A DNA stretch of 28,437 nt from a virus (taxonomy: Duplodnaviria; Caudoviricetes). The translations under genes and the position numbers were made by a program. Below the pieces are notes generated by a model, which was given only the letters and a program-made list of their open reading frames with translations, did no database searches and was not told the origin of the DNA. Within the stretch, counting starts at the first letter, position 1, and each line of letters begins with the position of its first letter. This document shows, piece after piece, positions 24,929 through 28,437 of this stretch. The stretch is from positions 1 through 28,437 of IMG/VR virus record IMGVR_UViG_3300032143_000014. One strand, given 5' to 3'.

Positions 24929-27900
24929 ATGGCAGGATTTACTACTTTTGCTTATTCAAAAAAATATTTTGTTTCACAGGAAATAGAATTTATACCCGAA
25001 TCTGAAATAGATCCTGAATTTGGTGAAGGATATAAGGCGCCCCAAGATTTAATTAGATTACTTGCTGATAATGTTGGAATTGGAACCACTAATATTACAA
25101 CAGCACGTCAAGAACTTGATGTATATGGAACTGCAATAGTTAGTGGTCGTGTTGGAATTGCAACCACTCAACCAAGAGAAGAATTTGATGTAATTGGAAC
25201 TGTAATAGTTAGTGACAGTGTTGGTATAGGAACCACTCAACCAAGAGAAGAACTTGATGTAATTGGAACTGTAATAGTTAGTGAAAGTGTTGGTATTGGG
25301 ACAACAATTCCAGAATCGGGAATCATTGGTCTTAATACTGATACTCAAGGAAAATTAAGGCTTAATGTTGATGGAACAATTTCAATTTCAAGAAACATTT
25401 ATGATTCTTCTGGATCTCCTGGAGTAAATGGTGCATTTTTAAATCGTGATGCAAATGGAATTCGTTGGGTTACTTTTACACCAAATTTTAGTGAAGGTAT
25501 TTTTATTCAAGATGATGGGACATATATTCCTGTTGTTGGTGCCGCACAATCTTTCACAGTTTTAAATTTTAAAGAAATTAATAGTCTTGGTACAGGAACT
25601 ACAACAATAACACCTATACCAAATCCAGATAATCCAACACTTATTGCAGATATTCGAACTCAAGATTTTTGGGGATATACTGCTGGTGGTGATATCTACA
25701 GAATGACCAAGGTTGGTATTCAAAATAATAATCCATCTACCACCCTTGATATTACTGGAACTCTTCATGCAACTCAAGACGTTACTTTTGATAGTACCCT
25801 AGATGTAGATGGTGATACAACACTTAATAGCACTTTAGATGTTGACTTAGGGACAACACTTAATAGTACCCTAGATGTTGATGGTGATACGACACTTAAT
25901 AGTACCCTAGATGTTGATGGCGCCACAACACTTAATAGTACCCTAGATGTTGATGGTGCTACAACTTTAGGAGTCACGACAGCAACAAACCTAACATCAC
26001 AACAACTTAATGTCTCTGGTATTACTACTTCATCAATACTTCAAGTTGGAATTGCTGGTACAGTCATTACAACCACCGGAATTGGTTCTGTTGGTATTGG
26101 AACCATCCTTCCATCTATAGGATTAGATATTGCAAAAGATGTACTATTACAAAAAGCATTATACGACTCAAATCGAAATGTAGGATATAAAACAGAATTT
26201 TATAAAACTCCAAGAACAGTATTAGGTCAAGTTGGAGTTAACACTGCCGGTGAAGTCATTAGTGATAGATTTTTTGATGCAGCAAATTTAATAAGACTTA
26301 ATCTTGATTTTATTGCCACAGAAGCAGTAGGATTTATTACAAGTACCGATTATAAGAATCCTGCGTTTATAGTACCAACAACATCCCAAGATTGTAGAGA
26401 TGATATTAAAGATATTTTAAAAGCAATTACACTTGATATTACAAAGGGAGGAAATTCCAAATCTGTTGGTGCTGGGATTTCTTACTACAATGGATCATCA
26501 CTTATTCATATCACAGGAAATGATTCAAATGGATATAGCATTAAAGAAGCAACAATAGTTGCGATTACAACTGCCGCACAAATTTCACAAAGAGTAATTA
26601 ATAATACTACATTAATAAAATCATACCAAAGTGGTATCAGTAGTATTCGTCAAATCAAAGATTTAACTATACAGAATGATGCCTCTGTCGGTTCTAATTC
26701 AAACCCTGCAGGATGCGCTAACGTAGTTTCTGCTATTTTTGTTACCGCAGGAATTGTAACCACAATTATTGGTAGTGGTCCAGGCGCTGCACCACCAGTC
26801 ACACAACCAAATGGAAAAACAGTTTGGGTTCCACCGGGAACAGATGTAAGAAACTTGGTCTTTGTGAATAAGTATGGTAACGATGATAATGGAGGAAGAA
26901 CTGAAGGAGATGCAAAATTAACGATTGCAGCAGCTGCTGCAGTTGCTGAATCCGGTGATACTATTATGGTTCGTTCTGGTGTTTATTATGAAAATAATCC
27001 AATTGGTTTAAGAACCGATGTCTCTATAACAGGTCAAGACTTGCGTTTGGTGACTGTAGTTCCTCAAAATAGTGGTAAAGATGTATTTCATGTTCGTCGA
27101 GGATGTTTAATAGAAAATTTAAACTTTGCCTGTGATACCGGACAATCTAATCCTGGTGGTGCTGCAGTTGCATTTCCTCCTACAGATCCCGCAAAATTTG
27201 CAGTATCTGGATTTATTGCATCAGGACCAGCGACAGAAGGAACATCTGGAAGATGGAGAAGTCCTTATGTTAGGAACTGTACCAACTTTATGAGTAAAAG
27301 TATTGGTATGAAGATTGATGGAGATCATGCAACTGCTTCTACGATTGGTGCAGATTTAAAATCAATGGTATGTGATTCATTCACTCAATATAATGAAGCA
27401 GGTATTGGAGTTTCACTTACAAATAATGGATATGCTCAATTAGTTTCAATTTTTACAATTAATTGTGATATAGGAATTTTTGCTGGAAGTGGTGGGCAAT
27501 GTGACCTAACTAACTCTAACTCGTCATTTGGTAATTTTGGTCTTGTTGCAGTTGGTTTAGGTTCCATAGAATTTACAGGTAAAGTTAATACTACAACAAC
27601 TTCTGAAACAGACATTATTATATTTAAAGAAGTGGAGGATGGGAGTGGAAATGTGAGAAGACCTTATGATGGTCAAGCACTGTGGTTTAAAATAGATCTT
27701 GCGAATTATAGCACTGGTCAGGTAGGAATTATTACAGCACCTTTACAGCAGTTAAAAAGTATTACTGTTGTAAATGGTGGGTCTGGATTTAGTCAAGCAG
27801 CTCCACCAGATATTACTATCTTTGATACTAATACACTTGATACTTTACCATTAGGTCCAGAAGGAATTGTCGCAGAAGTTTCACCAACAATTAGTGATTC

Positions 27901-28417
27901 TGGAGCAATTACTTCTGTTGATGTTATAAACAATGGTAGAAATTACCTATCATCTCAACCTATTGGAGTTAGAGTTAACGGAATTTCTACAAATGATATA
28001 GTTGCAGTAATGGAACCAATTTTTTATACTGTTGGTGCTGCAACATCAACCACACCAGTCACTGGTATTACAACTGTTACTTTAAATCAATTCCTTCCTT
28101 ATCTTGTGTATGCGAACGATGAGATTGAAATGAGAAGAATTAGTCGTATTCTTACAAGCGGACATTCATTTGAGTATATTGGTACAGGTACAGATATAAA
28201 TACTTCAACCCCTTTAAAGGGTGCTGTACCTATTAAAGAAAACGAAATTGTATTTAGAGATGGTGGGCAAATACCATTTACAAGCACTGATCAGCAAGGC
28301 AATTTCAATATTGGTGAAGGTATTCAAATTAATCAACAAACATCAACAATTACAGGAAGGGATTTTAGTAAGGCAATACAAGCAGAAGTTACACCACTCA
28401 TACTTGCGTTAAGATAA
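24929..28417 (+). CDS. Tail fibre / receptor-binding protein with pectin-lyase-like beta-helix
   Basis: VGIGTT repeats and 12-aa repeats; VFVNKYGNDDNGG...LTIAAA...GDTIMVRSGVYYE..P beta-helix cap; SPYVRNCTNF, DSFTQYNEAGIG. Confidence 0.8.
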   Translation: MAGFTTFAYSKKYFVSQEIEFIPESEIDPEFGEGYKAPQDLIRLLADNVGIGTTNITTARQELDVYGTAIVSGRVGIATTQPREEFDVIGTVIVSDSVGIGTTQPREELDVIGTVIVSESVGIGTTIPESGIIGLNTDTQGKLRLNVDGTISISRNIYDSSGSPGVNGAFLNRDANGIRWVTFTPNFSEGIFIQDDGTYIPVVGAAQSFTVLNFKEINSLGTGTTTITPIPNPDNPTLIADIRTQDFWGYTAGGDIYRMTKVGIQNNNPSTTLDITGTLHATQDVTFDSTLDVDGDTTLNSTLDVDLGTTLNSTLDVDGDTTLNSTLDVDGATTLNSTLDVDGATTLGVTTATNLTSQQLNVSGITTSSILQVGIAGTVITTTGIGSVGIGTILPSIGLDIAKDVLLQKALYDSNRNVGYKTEFYKTPRTVLGQVGVNTAGEVISDRFFDAANLIRLNLDFIATEAVGFITSTDYKNPAFIVPTTSQDCRDDIKDILKAITLDITKGGNSKSVGAGISYYNGSSLIHITGNDSNGYSIKEATIVAITTAAQISQRVINNTTLIKSYQSGISSIRQIKDLTIQNDASVGSNSNPAGCANVVSAIFVTAGIVTTIIGSGPGAAPPVTQPNGKTVWVPPGTDVRNLVFVNKYGNDDNGGRTEGDAKLTIAAAAAVAESGDTIMVRSGVYYENNPIGLRTDVSITGQDLRLVTVVPQNSGKDVFHVRRGCLIENLNFACDTGQSNPGGAAVAFPPTDPAKFAVSGFIASGPATEGTSGRWRSPYVRNCTNFMSKSIGMKIDGDHATASTIGADLKSMVCDSFTQYNEAGIGVSLTNNGYAQLVSIFTINCDIGIFAGSGGQCDLTNSNSSFGNFGLVAVGLGSIEFTGKVNTTTTSETDIIIFKEVEDGSGNVRRPYDGQALWFKIDLANYSTGQVGIITAPLQQLKSITVVNGGSGFSQAAPPDITIFDTNTLDTLPLGPEGIVAEVSPTISDSGAITSVDVINNGRNYLSSQPIGVRVNGISTNDIVAVMEPIFYTVGAATSTTPVTGITTVTLNQFLPYLVYANDEIEMRRISRILTSGHSFEYIGTGTDINTSTPLKGAVPIKENEIVFRDGGQIPFTSTDQQGNFNIGEGIQINQQTSTITGRDFSKAIQAEVTPLILALR
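25073..25310 (+). repeat. 69-bp (23-aa) tandem repeat VGIxTTQPREExDVIGTVIVSxS
   Basis: Units start at 25073 (diverged, 78 nt), 25151, 25220 and 25289 (partial). Confidence 0.9.
25793..25968 (+). repeat. 36-bp (12-aa) tandem repeat STLDVDGxTTLN, 5 copies
   Basis: Units start at 25793, 25829, 25865, 25901 and 25937. Confidence 0.95.
28195..28202 (+). promoter_or_regulatory. Consensus T4 late promoter TATAAATA inside the fibre gene 3' end
   Basis: Exact match, about 215 nt upstream of the next start codon. Confidence 0.5.
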
Positions 28418-28418
28418 G

Positions 28419-28437
28419 ATGGCAATTGCACCAGTTA
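28419..28437 (+). CDS. Start of the next gene (MAIAPV...), truncated by the window edge
   Basis: ATG lies 1 nt after the fibre stop codon. Confidence 0.55.

Noticed and set aside
24929-28417. Diversity-generating retroelement or invertase shufflon acting on the fibre gene
   Set aside because: No reverse transcriptase, recombinase, adenine-specific TR/VR pair or inverted cassettes are visible in this window.
1-28437. Stop-codon reassignment
   Set aside because: Core genes are full length in the standard code, and TAA, TAG and TGA all end genes at expected positions.
1-28437. tRNA or other structured RNA genes
   Set aside because: Intergenic gaps are almost all under 75 nt, and none shows a cloverleaf or T-loop motif.

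Overview
Segment of a T4-like cyanomyovirus genome (Kyanoviridae-like). The left part (1-8893, + strand) holds the 3' end of psbD, small conserved ORFs, an HNH endonuclease, glutaredoxin, speD, thyX, phoH, a PD-(D/E)XK exonuclease, and g33, g59 and g32. A convergent minus-strand block follows (g53, g48, g2-like, g4). The right part is a + strand baseplate/tail module: g54-like, g26, g51, two tape-measure-like proteins with peptidoglycan hydrolase domains, a hub protein, a g5 apparently split over several ORFs, and a repeat-rich tail fibre. The best candidate for an undescribed mechanism is a complete -1 programmed ribosomal frameshift signal at the end of g26: an upstream SD-like AGAAGGG, an in-frame T_TTT_TTC heptamer, and a downstream GGTCC-ATAT-GGACC hairpin. 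It would fuse gp26 to gp51 just upstream of the tape-measure-like genes, as in lambda G/GT tail chaperones. Also notable are a possibly circularly permuted LAS-type Zn peptidase, a 20-aa leader ORF before g48, and an exact 21-bp glycine-rich repeat expansion in gp5. All product calls come from motif recognition and synteny; no database search was run.
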